Source of the DNA: Candidatus Hydrothermarchaeum profundi
Lineage (GTDB): Archaea; Hydrothermarchaeota; Hydrothermarchaeia; Hydrothermarchaeales; Hydrothermarchaeaceae
Assembly (NCBI GenBank): GCA_002011125.2
Contig: MTMF02000009.1
Location: 1,512,989 to 1,576,988, forward strand
Length of the DNA: 64,000 nucleotides
Direction of reading: 5' to 3'
This document shows positions 9,801 to 18,964 of the stretch, in pieces; the stretch's first letter is position 1, and every line of letters starts with the position of its first letter. A program made the position numbers and the translations under genes. Below the pieces are notes generated by a model. It made no database searches. It worked only from the letters and a program-made list of their open reading frames with translations, and had not been told where the DNA came from.

Positions 9801-10767
9801 TTTGGCTCACCTGCACTAACTCGTTTCCCAAAAAATATTCGTAAGTATCTATGTTCCAAGCTTTTATTCTGTGTATGAGGTAAACTGTTATTATAATTAG
9901 TAGAACTGTAATTCCACTAAAATATGCTGCGAGTCCTAGAAGTAAAGAATTCATTTGTTTTTGGATTTCTACAAGATTATTCTCAACTTTTATTTCCCAC
10001 GCTGATTCATGGTGGTACTGGTAGTACTTTTGAGCTTCCTTGAATTTTATCAAAGCACTTCTGGCTAGAACATATGATTTTATTTTTGAAGGAAAATATC
10101 CCCCCCGGAGTTCTGCTGATTTTTTATATTCGTCTTCAGCCTGCGAAAAAAATGAATTTGCTCTTTGCATGTCTTTATCGTAGCTTTCTTTTAAACTCGC
10201 CTCTTTTATCCGATAATTTGTTGCCTCAAGGGTTTCGCCAGCGGCCTCAAAAGCTCGCGATGCAGCTCCGTAAAAATCTATCTTCCTTTTTGTAATTTCT
10301 GTTGTGTCAGCTTCCCTTACGTAGGCATTAGCTTGTGTAGTCAATAAGTCGATAACCGCCTGCCTAGCAGAGTTTACAAGGTCTGTGGCTTCAACTCCAA
10401 AGTTCTCTTTCATTCTATCCAATTGAGGGATATCCTCAGTTGCCAGCTTTTTGGCTATCTCAACTGATTTTTCATGATCCTCCGAGATATCCGACACTGC
10501 AAGGAGATACGCTTTATCAAACTGTAAAAGGAATTCTTTAGTGGCTATTGAAAAATCGGCCACATACTTAGGGCAGGAGGCTCTTTCTCGTCCGTATAAT
10601 ATTAGGAGAATGTCTTGTTTCACATCATTTAAAAGAGGATATTTATCGAATGCTTGAGATTGAAGTCCCCTTATCTCGGAAGCTAAGCTGGTACAACTCT
10701 GTGCAAAAACAGGGGATGAGAAAGTTAGAATTATCAATGCAAATGTTAAGATTATTTTAAGGTCCAT
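9790..10767 (-). CDS. Secreted membrane-anchored helical protein, paralogous to the C half of 7779..9800
   Basis: Start MDLKIILTF at 10767 after SD AGGTG; signal peptide ending VFA-Q; C-terminal TM and short tail. Confidence 0.7.
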   Translation of the reverse strand: MDLKIILTFALIILTFSSPVFAQSCTSLASEIRGLQSQAFDKYPLLNDVKQDILLILYGRERASCPKYVADFSIATKEFLLQFDKAYLLAVSDISEDHEKSVEIAKKLATEDIPQLDRMKENFGVEATDLVNSARQAVIDLLTTQANAYVREADTTEITKRKIDFYGAASRAFEAAGETLEATNYRIKEASLKESYDKDMQRANSFFSQAEDEYKKSAELRGGYFPSKIKSYVLARSALIKFKEAQKYYQYHHESAWEIKVENNLVEIQKQMNSLLLGLAAYFSGITVLLIIITVYLIHRIKAWNIDTYEYFLGNELVQVSQSEY

Positions 10768-10819
10768 ACACCTGAAAGCATTTATATTTAACGTCTTTAT
10801 ATAATTTAAGTGGAATTTC
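10768..10819. promoter_or_regulatory. Overlapping divergent TATA promoters
   Basis: 52-bp gap with GAAA-GCA-TTTATATTTA (+, about 10774-10790) and TTATATAA (-, about 10797-10804), each about 30 bp from a start codon. Confidence 0.55.
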
Positions 10820-12046
10820 ATGCCTTATGCATTTATAGGTGTAGGACAATGCGGCGGAGGTATAGTTGATGCCGCCTTTTATGACAAAAATATGTTTAAA
10901 GTAGCGGTTCCGATAGCTATAAACTCCGCCACAATGGATCTTCAAACGTTGAAACACATAGGGAGAGAATATTGGGTAGGGATGTCTAGGGATAGGGGTT
11001 TCATTGACGGTACTATAGATGGATTTGAACACTTTGTAAGTGGAGGATATGGTAAGAATAGAGCTAAAGCTTATGAGGACGCCTTAAAATATGAGGATAC
11101 AATAAGGGATATAATAATTGAGCGCGCAAGAGTAAAGGGTGCAACAGATGATAGAGGAGTAGGCATCCCTGTCGCCTTTATAGTTTTTGGGCTTGGGGGA
11201 GGTACTGGCAGTGGCGCCTCTCCCGTTATAGCTAAGGTCTTACGGGAGATGGGGATCCCGGTAATTGCTGTTGTGGTTTTGCCGGCTAGTCATGAGGGTG
11301 GGCTTACTGCTAAGAATGCAGTAGAAAGTCTTAATATTCTAGTAGAACATGTAGATTCAGTAGTTCTGGTTGACAATCAAAAATTGGCCTATGCTGAGAG
11401 CGCAGAAACCCTTTATCAACGTTACAATGAATATGTAGCGAGAAGCCTAAGGGATATTGTGATAGGTACTGCGCTTGAGAGGATAAATCCTGCAGATTTT
11501 GAGGGATATGCGCCTGTGATTGATTTGAAGGATATGATTGCCGCTACCTCTTTTACATTAGGTAAGAAGACTAAGCCTGGATTTGCGTGCCTTGGGAGAG
11601 CTAGTGAAAAGACTAGAGACCTACTGCACTATATACTACCAATAGGAGGCTATAAAGAAATAGACGTTATAAGTCTGCTTTATAGAGCTTTTATGAAGCT
11701 AACTGTCGAGGACGTTAGAGCTGAAGACGCTGAAAAGAATCTCGTGTTATTAAGATTACCACCTGTCTATATAACTAAATCTGGAAAGATTAATACTAGC
11801 ATGGCTAAGCAGGTTATGGAGGAGAGGTCCAGATTAGGGGAGACGCACTTCGGCGTTTCTCTCACTAAGAGGAATCTCGCTACGGCTACTGTACTTTTAA
11901 CTTATAGGCCAAACCAGATTGCAAGACTAAAGGTGCTCAGCCAGCTCGCAGGGCAATATACAGATATTTCTCTTAAAGTACTTGAGGAATATGAAAAGGA
12001 TTTTGCTCTCGAAGAGTTACCTGAGGAGATAGAGGTAGAAGAATGA
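10820..12046 (+). CDS. Tubulin/FtsZ-superfamily GTPase A (divergent, CetZ-like)
   Basis: IGVGQCGGGI, GGYGKN, GLGGGTGSG signature, VVLVDNQ, T7-like VIDLKD, acidic tail. Confidence 0.9.
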   Translation: MPYAFIGVGQCGGGIVDAAFYDKNMFKVAVPIAINSATMDLQTLKHIGREYWVGMSRDRGFIDGTIDGFEHFVSGGYGKNRAKAYEDALKYEDTIRDIIIERARVKGATDDRGVGIPVAFIVFGLGGGTGSGASPVIAKVLREMGIPVIAVVVLPASHEGGLTAKNAVESLNILVEHVDSVVLVDNQKLAYAESAETLYQRYNEYVARSLRDIVIGTALERINPADFEGYAPVIDLKDMIAATSFTLGKKTKPGFACLGRASEKTRDLLHYILPIGGYKEIDVISLLYRAFMKLTVEDVRAEDAEKNLVLLRLPPVYITKSGKINTSMAKQVMEERSRLGETHFGVSLTKRNLATATVLLTYRPNQIARLKVLSQLAGQYTDISLKVLEEYEKDFALEELPEEIEVEE

Positions 12047-13482
12047 ATGAATATGCTCTCGCTACTCTGACTATAATAATTATACTTGGAGCGGGATTTG
12101 GACTTTTGATTTATTTTGGTATTGATGTTGTGACATATTTTGGTGTAGGGCTTGTTGTCGCCTCTATCGTAGGAAGTGTTATCTATACATGGTGGAGAAG
12201 TCAGAGCGATAAGACTATTGAGCGTCTTAAATTGGAGATTTTGACAAAAATTAAAAGGGAATTGGAAGACGTTGAGAGCCTTGTTGAAGAGGCGTCAAAA
12301 ATCACAGATATGGCTCCTATCTCTACGAAATTAACACTCTTGAGAGAGAACCTAGTAAAGCAGAAATTTTTCGATAACCATTTCAATATCAATAAGACTA
12401 TAAGGAAATATACCCTTACTTTTATTGAGCAAGAGGCCAGAAAAGTAGAGCAGAGGCTTAGAAGCTTAGAAGCCCTAGCAGCGGGAGCATGTAGACCTGA
12501 GCTTGAGAAATTTATAAAGGACCTGCAATCCAAGCTTGAAAAACTTTTAGATGCGGGGTATGGTATTGAAGAAGATATTAGCGAGTTTAATATAATTGCT
12601 GCACAGCCATCGCAGAGTTTGAGAGAGATGATAGAGAAGAAAATGAGGCTCTCTGAAAAATTCGAGGAGGTTCTTGATAAATGCGTTGAAGAGGCGGTTT
12701 CAGTTGCTACGGCTAGCAGGAGATTCGGCGACACCTCGACCTTAGAGTCCAGCGTGCTAGAGGTAAAGAAGATGAAGAGCGACTTTGATAACGCAGTTTT
12801 TTTACTGGTTAAGGCGAGGAATGAGTTGAAGGATATTTTGAGAGATGTCTTCTCTAGGCAACATAGTAAGCTTATCTCACATGTTAAAGAGATTTATAGC
12901 CTCTTAAGCGCCAATCATGTAGGCGAGAAATATAAGACGGTCATTAGAGATATAAGAGACGAACTTTTATCTCTTAATGACCCAGGAAGAATTCAAGAGT
13001 TAAGGGAACTTGAAAGAGAATTCAAGAACAAAACAGCATACGTTGTAACCGATCTTTTCGAAGAAATGGTTGAGTTAGAAAAAAACATAAATATCTATAA
13101 ACCACATGAGAAAGTTTGGACTTCTGACAAGAAGATCCCCGAACTAGTTAACAAAGTAAACCCTTCAGACGAACTTGAAGTATTCGCAAAGAACGCTAGA
13201 AAAGCTCTCAAGTGCCTTGTGAATCAACTTGAGAAAGATGTCGGTTTTCTTAAAATAATAGAGAACTACGCTAAAGTGGAACCTATTATTAGTAGGAAAT
13301 TAAATGAGAGGGGAGTACTAACTATTTCAGATTTGAATGTAAAGTATGCAGACAAGTTTATGTTACTATACAGTCTGAAAAATGAGGATACAACCTATGA
13401 AGAGGATCCCCCCACATTAACTCTTAAATCTAAGGTGGCAGCAGAGTTGAAGAATAAGCTATTAAAGAAGAAAAGGTCTTAG
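12043..13482 (+). CDS. Membrane-anchored long coiled-coil protein
   Basis: Two N-terminal TM helices, about 370 aa of charged heptads, small C-terminal domain that may be a winged helix; ATGA-coupled to GTPase A. Confidence 0.75.
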   Translation: MNEYALATLTIIIILGAGFGLLIYFGIDVVTYFGVGLVVASIVGSVIYTWWRSQSDKTIERLKLEILTKIKRELEDVESLVEEASKITDMAPISTKLTLLRENLVKQKFFDNHFNINKTIRKYTLTFIEQEARKVEQRLRSLEALAAGACRPELEKFIKDLQSKLEKLLDAGYGIEEDISEFNIIAAQPSQSLREMIEKKMRLSEKFEEVLDKCVEEAVSVATASRRFGDTSTLESSVLEVKKMKSDFDNAVFLLVKARNELKDILRDVFSRQHSKLISHVKEIYSLLSANHVGEKYKTVIRDIRDELLSLNDPGRIQELRELEREFKNKTAYVVTDLFEEMVELEKNINIYKPHEKVWTSDKKIPELVNKVNPSDELEVFAKNARKALKCLVNQLEKDVGFLKIIENYAKVEPIISRKLNERGVLTISDLNVKYADKFMLLYSLKNEDTTYEEDPPTLTLKSKVAAELKNKLLKKKRS

Positions 13483-13484
13483 TC

Positions 13485-14837
13485 ATGGAGGATTATTCTA
13501 CTAGGTGGAGCATTATAGCCTCCGGCGAAGGAGCCAACCGCATCTCTTTCTTATATTACGCGAAATATAGAAATCCCGCAATTGAGGATAGGGTTCTTCT
13601 CCTTAATACAACTACGGCCGATGTAAAACCTGAAAAAACTTTTGAATATATGTTAACTAAGAACCCCCGATTTCAGGAAATCTATGAAAAGATAAAGCGA
13701 GAAAAGATATGTATTTTTGGTAAATCGCCTTCTGGAGCCGGAAATAACTGGAAAGTAGGTGAAAACGAAGCAAGAGACGATTTCGACACTATAAGAAGAT
13801 ACATAGAGAACCTTAAGCTTGGAGGGCGGGATGTAATATTCGGGATATCTACTCTAGGCGGCGGAACTGGTAATGGATCTCTACCCTTTATAATATATCA
13901 ACTGAAATATGGGAGTGAGGCTTTAATACTTGGGCAGAACAGTTTTATAGCTTTAGGGATAATGCCCTATGATTTCGAAGCTCCTCAGAGATTTTTTAAT
14001 ACCATCTGTGGCATCGCTCGGCTTTTAAAGTATGGTCCGAGGGGAGTGCAGAATGCGGATATGTTATTATTAGCTGATAACACTCAAATTGAGAGACTTC
14101 TCGGAATCACAGAGTCTTTCAAGGAGGAGAGATACTACAGAATAAATGAAGAGATAATTAAAGCCATAAACATGATGATAGCTCCTGGAGGTCCTGGGGC
14201 AAGGTCAACTATTGATGTAGCTGATTATTATCAGCTTCCAAGCAATATAGGAACTTATCATTTTACTCCTTGTATGAGTCTTGGAAATGATCCGGAAGTA
14301 TTTGGAATAGAGACCGCTTTGGAAACGGCTATGGATCGCCCTATGGCCCCGGTAGACCCAAAAACAGCTACTATGGCATATGTAATTGTTGTGGCACCTA
14401 AAAAATATGTTGAAAATGGCACCTTTACTCAGGAAGGGTTAGAGGATATAACGAGAGATTGGGCAGTCAAAAACTTAGCTGGGCGTAGAGGAGGTATTTT
14501 GAGATATTCCAGCCTGGTTGCCAGCAGAGAGATAGAAACCTTGGATGTTATGATATTACTAGGAGGCTTCAGTCTGAAGGACATATTCTCTAAAGCTCTT
14601 CAGAAATATTACGATTTTAAGGATAGCTTGGAAATAGAAGGAAAAGAAGTAGAGCTTGCTGACGAAAACAACCCAAGAATCAAGGTGAGAATAAATATCG
14701 ATGATATAGAAACTATAGAATCTCGGATAAAGGAGTATATTAGGCTTACAGAAGATAGAATTAAAAGAGCTAGAGAAGAAGAAATTGATTTAAAAGAAAA
14801 GCTCTTAGAGTGGGGATTTGGAAAATCCACTCCCTAA
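13485..14837 (+). CDS. Tubulin/FtsZ-superfamily GTPase B (tubulin-like motifs)
   Basis: GAGNNW, TLGGGTGNG, NADMLLLADNT, STIDVAD, YHF; degenerate first loop ASGEGA. Confidence 0.88.
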   Translation: MEDYSTRWSIIASGEGANRISFLYYAKYRNPAIEDRVLLLNTTTADVKPEKTFEYMLTKNPRFQEIYEKIKREKICIFGKSPSGAGNNWKVGENEARDDFDTIRRYIENLKLGGRDVIFGISTLGGGTGNGSLPFIIYQLKYGSEALILGQNSFIALGIMPYDFEAPQRFFNTICGIARLLKYGPRGVQNADMLLLADNTQIERLLGITESFKEERYYRINEEIIKAINMMIAPGGPGARSTIDVADYYQLPSNIGTYHFTPCMSLGNDPEVFGIETALETAMDRPMAPVDPKTATMAYVIVVAPKKYVENGTFTQEGLEDITRDWAVKNLAGRRGGILRYSSLVASREIETLDVMILLGGFSLKDIFSKALQKYYDFKDSLEIEGKEVELADENNPRIKVRINIDDIETIESRIKEYIRLTEDRIKRAREEEIDLKEKLLEWGFGKSTP

Positions 14838-14839
14838 TG

Positions 14840-15301
14840 TTACATTGCCCCAATTATGTCGCCTCTTGTTATGATCCCTACAAGCTTTCCTCTCTCTACA
14901 ACCGGGAGCCTGTTTATATTGTGAGATGACATCAGTCTAGCAGCCTCTTCTAGTGAGGCTGTAGATTTAATGGTGATAACTTTTTTAGTCATTATATCTC
15001 CTACCCTCATTGACGAAGCCTTCTTAATTTTTTCTAGAGCCTCCTTTAATTCAAGCTTCATTCGCACCGGAAGTTCAAGCAAGTCAAAGGGAGATGGCAA
15101 CAGCGTGGTTATACTCATGTAAGGTGGCTCTAACAGTTTCATTATATCTGTCTCGCTGATAACTCCTATTACTTTACTATTTGAGACTACAGGGGCTCCG
15201 CTTATTTTTTTCTTCCTTAATATTTTCGCTGCGTCGTAGATTGAATCTTCTGGAGTAAATACGACGACATGCTTATTCATAACATCTTTCACTTTAACCA
15301 C
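14840..15301 (-). CDS. CBS-pair protein
   Basis: Two CBS motifs (ISGAPVV...GVISETD; INRLPVV...GIITRGD); GTG start after SD GGAGGA. Confidence 0.9.
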   Translation of the reverse strand: MVKVKDVMNKHVVVFTPEDSIYDAAKILRKKKISGAPVVSNSKVIGVISETDIMKLLEPPYMSITTLLPSPFDLLELPVRMKLELKEALEKIKKASSMRVGDIMTKKVITIKSTASLEEAARLMSSHNINRLPVVERGKLVGIITRGDIIGAM

Positions 15302-15312
15302 TGCTATTCCTC

Positions 15313-16341
15313 CTAGGGGTGTATCCCTATGTTTCCTAATCCTTCCCACTCTTTGTATCCCATCATTATATTCATGTTTTGAACTGCTTGCCCAGAGGCA
15401 CCTTTAACGAGGTTGTCTAGGGCTGAAACTATTATGAGCCTCTTCCTCTCTTTATCTACTTCAAAGCATCCTATGTCGCAATAGTTAGATCCTCTAACAG
15501 CGCTAAGTCTTGGTATTTCACCTGCGCTTAATATCCTTATGAAAGGCTCATCATCGTAGAATTCTTGGTAAAGGTTTCTAATGGTTTCACTGTCAATCTC
15601 TTTCCGTAGAAAGCAGTGTATTGTACTTGAGATCCCTCTAATTACAGGGACAAGATGAGGGACAAAAGATAACTTTACTCTTTCATTAAATACTCTCAGC
15701 TCCTGTTCCATCTCAGGTAGATGCCGATGGTATATAACATTGTAGGGTAAGACACTTTCAGCTGCATTGGGGAAATGGGTCTTCTCCTTTGGAGATGCTC
15801 CTGCTCCAGAAATGCCGCTTTTAGAGTCTACAGCAATCTTTTCTACATCGATTATATTTTCTTTTATTATAGGAGCTAAAGCTAATATTACGCTAGTCGG
15901 ATAACATCCAGGGTTTGCCACAAAAGAAGATGCCTTTATTTTGTTGCGGTAAAGTTCAGGAAGTCCATAAACTGCTTTTAGTTCGGGATGCTCATGTTTA
16001 ATGCCATAGTACCTCTCATATATTCTGACATCTCTAAATCTGAAATCACCGCTCAGGTCAACGAATTTCGTTTCTAACTTTAAAAGTACACTTGCTAGTT
16101 TCATTGAGAAGCCATGCGGTGTTGCTAAGAAGACAAAATCACATTTTCTAGCTACTTCCTCTGGACTAAGGTTCTCAAATTTTAGGTCAAGTATGTCTCT
16201 CAAGTGAGGATGAACCGTATAAACCTTTTCTGTTGAAGTTCTTGAAGTTGCACAGGTAATTTCGCATTTTCTATGTTTTGAAAGTATCCTTAAGAGTTCT
16301 CCACCCGTGTATCCGGTTGCGCCTATGATTCCGACTTTCAT
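15313..16341 (-). CDS. argC: N-acetyl-gamma-glutamyl-phosphate reductase
   Basis: GATGYTG, ANPGCYPT, SGISGAG, DNLVKGASGQAVQNMN. Confidence 0.96.
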   Translation of the reverse strand: MKVGIIGATGYTGGELLRILSKHRKCEITCATSRTSTEKVYTVHPHLRDILDLKFENLSPEEVARKCDFVFLATPHGFSMKLASVLLKLETKFVDLSGDFRFRDVRIYERYYGIKHEHPELKAVYGLPELYRNKIKASSFVANPGCYPTSVILALAPIIKENIIDVEKIAVDSKSGISGAGASPKEKTHFPNAAESVLPYNVIYHRHLPEMEQELRVFNERVKLSFVPHLVPVIRGISSTIHCFLRKEIDSETIRNLYQEFYDDEPFIRILSAGEIPRLSAVRGSNYCDIGCFEVDKERKRLIIVSALDNLVKGASGQAVQNMNIMMGYKEWEGLGNIGIHP

Positions 16342-16445
16342 TTCACAGCCTTCTTCTTTGTGCTATTTAAGCGAGGTACTACCTTGAACAAAATTATTAC
16401 GACAAGGAGAATAACGAGAACCTCCTTTAGGCCGAATAATACCAT
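16338..16445 (-). CDS. 35-aa single-TM peptide with TatA-like N terminus; not in ORF track
   Basis: Manual translation MVLFGLKEVLVILLVVIILFKVVPRLNSTKKKAVK; SD AAGGTG; its TGA overlaps the argC ATG. Confidence 0.6.
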   Translation of the reverse strand: MVLFGLKEVLVILLVVIILFKVVPRLNSTKKKAVK

Positions 16446-16497
16446 TTTTACACCTTGCAAAGTTATTTAATCTGAAAGATATAAAAAAACCTTTGGG

Positions 16498-17817
16498 ATG
16501 CTAGGAAAGCTGAAAGATATCGTAGGCAAGGAGAATTTCTCTGCCTCAAAAGAAGATTTAATTTCTTATTCCAAAGATTTTTCGCATTATGAGGTACTCC
16601 CATTAGCGATAGTAAGACCGAAAAACGCCGAACAAGTTATCAAGATTGTTAAGTTTGCAAGGGATAATAGACTCTCGCTTATCCCTAGGGGTGCAGGCAC
16701 TAATACATGTGGGCAGACTGTAGGTAGTGGGATAATTATTGATATGACGCAGATGAACAAAATATTAGAAATTAATGAAAAGGATTTTTACTGCATAGTA
16801 CAACCTGGTGTGGTATTAGATGAACTCAATCGAGAGCTTCGGTTTAAGGGACTATTTTTTCCACCTGATCCTGCAAGTTCTAAAGCATGTACAATAGGCG
16901 GCATGGTAGCTAATAATTCTTCAGGACTTCATGCAGTTAAGTACGGCGTAACTAAGGACTATGTTTTGTCATTAAAGGTTGTTTTGCCTAATGGTGAGAT
17001 GATTAAGACAGGCTCCCTTGCTTCCAAATCTTCGTCGGGGTATAACTTAACCCGACTCCTTGTAGGAAGTGAGGGAACTTTAGGTATTTTTACCGAGATA
17101 GCTCTTCGAATACTTCCCCTGCCAGAAAGCTCTCGAACGCTCGTATTCGGTTTACATAGCGTAGAACAAGCGGAACCTCTAGTACAAGAAATTTTAAGAG
17201 AATCGAGTCCTGCCGCATTAGAAATTATGGACGAGATATGCGTCTTTTCTCTGAGAAAAAGATATAATCTAGACTTTTCTCGTGAGGTATTGCTTGCGGT
17301 AGAGTTTCAAGGCAGTACTGAAGAAGTTGAGAGAGGGATAAATTCGATAGAAAAACTTGGAAGCACTATAGAAATGCGTGAAGACATCTGGGAATATAGG
17401 AAAAAACTCGTACCGGCGCTTATGAATTATAGGAAGGGAGCCATCCCTTATGCGGTTACTGAGGATATAGGGGTTCCTATATCCATGGTAGTTGAAGCTA
17501 TACTAAAAATCAAAACAATATATAGAGAAGCTGGATTTGAAGTAGCTGTTTATGGTCATTGCGGTGATGGAAATCTTCATATGCGGGTTTTTTCAGATGA
17601 GAATGCGTTTCAAGAGCTTATTGAGATTTCAGGGAAAGTTTATGACTATGTTTTGAGTATAGGAGGCACGATAACAGCTGAACATGGAGTTGGGATGCTG
17701 AGAAGCGGATATTTAATAAAGGAACATGGCAAAGCTTATGGATTGATGAAAAAAATCAAGAAAGCAATAGATCCAGATAGCATTATGAACCCTGGGAAAA
17801 TCTTAGAGGAGGTATGA
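16498..17817 (+). CDS. FAD-linked oxidase, GlcD/D-lactate dehydrogenase family
   Basis: PRGAGT, FPPDPAS, TIGGMVANN, GSEGTLG, GHCGDGNLH, AEHGVG, MNPGK. Confidence 0.9.
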   Translation: MLGKLKDIVGKENFSASKEDLISYSKDFSHYEVLPLAIVRPKNAEQVIKIVKFARDNRLSLIPRGAGTNTCGQTVGSGIIIDMTQMNKILEINEKDFYCIVQPGVVLDELNRELRFKGLFFPPDPASSKACTIGGMVANNSSGLHAVKYGVTKDYVLSLKVVLPNGEMIKTGSLASKSSSGYNLTRLLVGSEGTLGIFTEIALRILPLPESSRTLVFGLHSVEQAEPLVQEILRESSPAALEIMDEICVFSLRKRYNLDFSREVLLAVEFQGSTEEVERGINSIEKLGSTIEMREDIWEYRKKLVPALMNYRKGAIPYAVTEDIGVPISMVVEAILKIKTIYREAGFEVAVYGHCGDGNLHMRVFSDENAFQELIEISGKVYDYVLSIGGTITAEHGVGMLRSGYLIKEHGKAYGLMKKIKKAIDPDSIMNPGKILEEV

Positions 17818-17818
17818 G

Positions 17819-18964
17819 ATGGTCAAGCAGAAGCTTATGATACCGGGACCTGTGAGTCTTACGCCTGAGGTACTTCAGGAAATGGCACGTCCCTTAATAG
17901 GGCATAGAACCCCAGATTTTGAAGAAATTTTAATCAAATGCTGGGACAACATGAAAGAGATAATGCGTACAAAAAATGATATAATACTTATAACCGGGTC
18001 AGGTACCGCCGGCATGGATGCCGCCATAGCTAGTACTATTGAGGAAGGAGATGAATGTGTATGTATAATGGGCGGCAAGTTTGGAGAGCGGATGGCAGAT
18101 ATTGTAAGAAGTTATGGCGGTATTCCAAGAGAGGTTAAAGTTGATTGGGGGAAAGGGGTTGACCCGGACGATGTCGAAAGAGTGGTGGAAGAGAGTGACG
18201 CAAAGGCGATAACCCTTACTCATAATGAGACCTCAACCGGAGTTATACATGATGCGAAGGCTATTGGAGAGATTGCACAGAAGCATGGGCTTCTCTTCAT
18301 AATGGATGGGATTACTTCGGTTGGCGGCGATTTAGTTGAGGTTGATAGGTGGGGAGTTGATATTTGTATCGTCGGCTCGCAGAAATGCCTTGCAGCACCC
18401 CCGGGTTTGGCTATGTTAAGCGTTAGTGAAGATGCCTGGGGAGTAATATCTAATAATAACACCAGAAATTTTTATCTTAATCTCGCTTCTTACAAAAAAT
18501 CACTTAAGAAGAATACGACTCCCTTCACCCCCTCAGTTAGTCTTGTATATGGGTTGTCTAAGGCATTAGATGCGGTTTTAAAAGAGGGCATGGAAAATAG
18601 AATACAGAGGCATAGAACTTTAGCTAAGGCCACAAGAGAAGCTGTTAAGGCGATGAACTTAGAGCTTTTCGCAGATGAAAAGGTTGCATCTAACACTGTT
18701 ACTTCTATACGGATACCAGAGAAGTTAACTGATGAGGATGTCAGAGGAAGAATGAAAAGAGAATTCGGAATTCTTCTCGCTGGAGGTCAAGCACAGGTTA
18801 AAGGAAAAATTTTCCGCATTGGACATATGGGTAACGTTGATTATTTGGATTTGTTGACAGTACTTTCGGCACTAGAGATAGTCCTAAAGAAATCCGGTCA
18901 TGGATTAGTGTTAGGTGAGGGAGTTAGCGCTGCCCAGGAGATAATTTCTAATGAAATCGGTTGA
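17819..18964 (+). CDS. Class V PLP aminotransferase (serine-glyoxylate/aspartate/phosphoserine type)
   Basis: LMIPGP, GSGTAGM, HNETSTG, GSQKCL (PLP lysine), FRIGHMG. Confidence 0.9.
   Translation: MVKQKLMIPGPVSLTPEVLQEMARPLIGHRTPDFEEILIKCWDNMKEIMRTKNDIILITGSGTAGMDAAIASTIEEGDECVCIMGGKFGERMADIVRSYGGIPREVKVDWGKGVDPDDVERVVEESDAKAITLTHNETSTGVIHDAKAIGEIAQKHGLLFIMDGITSVGGDLVEVDRWGVDICIVGSQKCLAAPPGLAMLSVSEDAWGVISNNNTRNFYLNLASYKKSLKKNTTPFTPSVSLVYGLSKALDAVLKEGMENRIQRHRTLAKATREAVKAMNLELFADEKVASNTVTSIRIPEKLTDEDVRGRMKREFGILLAGGQAQVKGKIFRIGHMGNVDYLDLLTVLSALEIVLKKSGHGLVLGEGVSAAQEIISNEIG

Noticed and set aside
10820-14837. Calling the two GTPases ftsZ
   Set aside because: They lack the FtsZ GAGxxPxxG and NxDFAD consensus and have no division-gene context; left as tubulin superfamily
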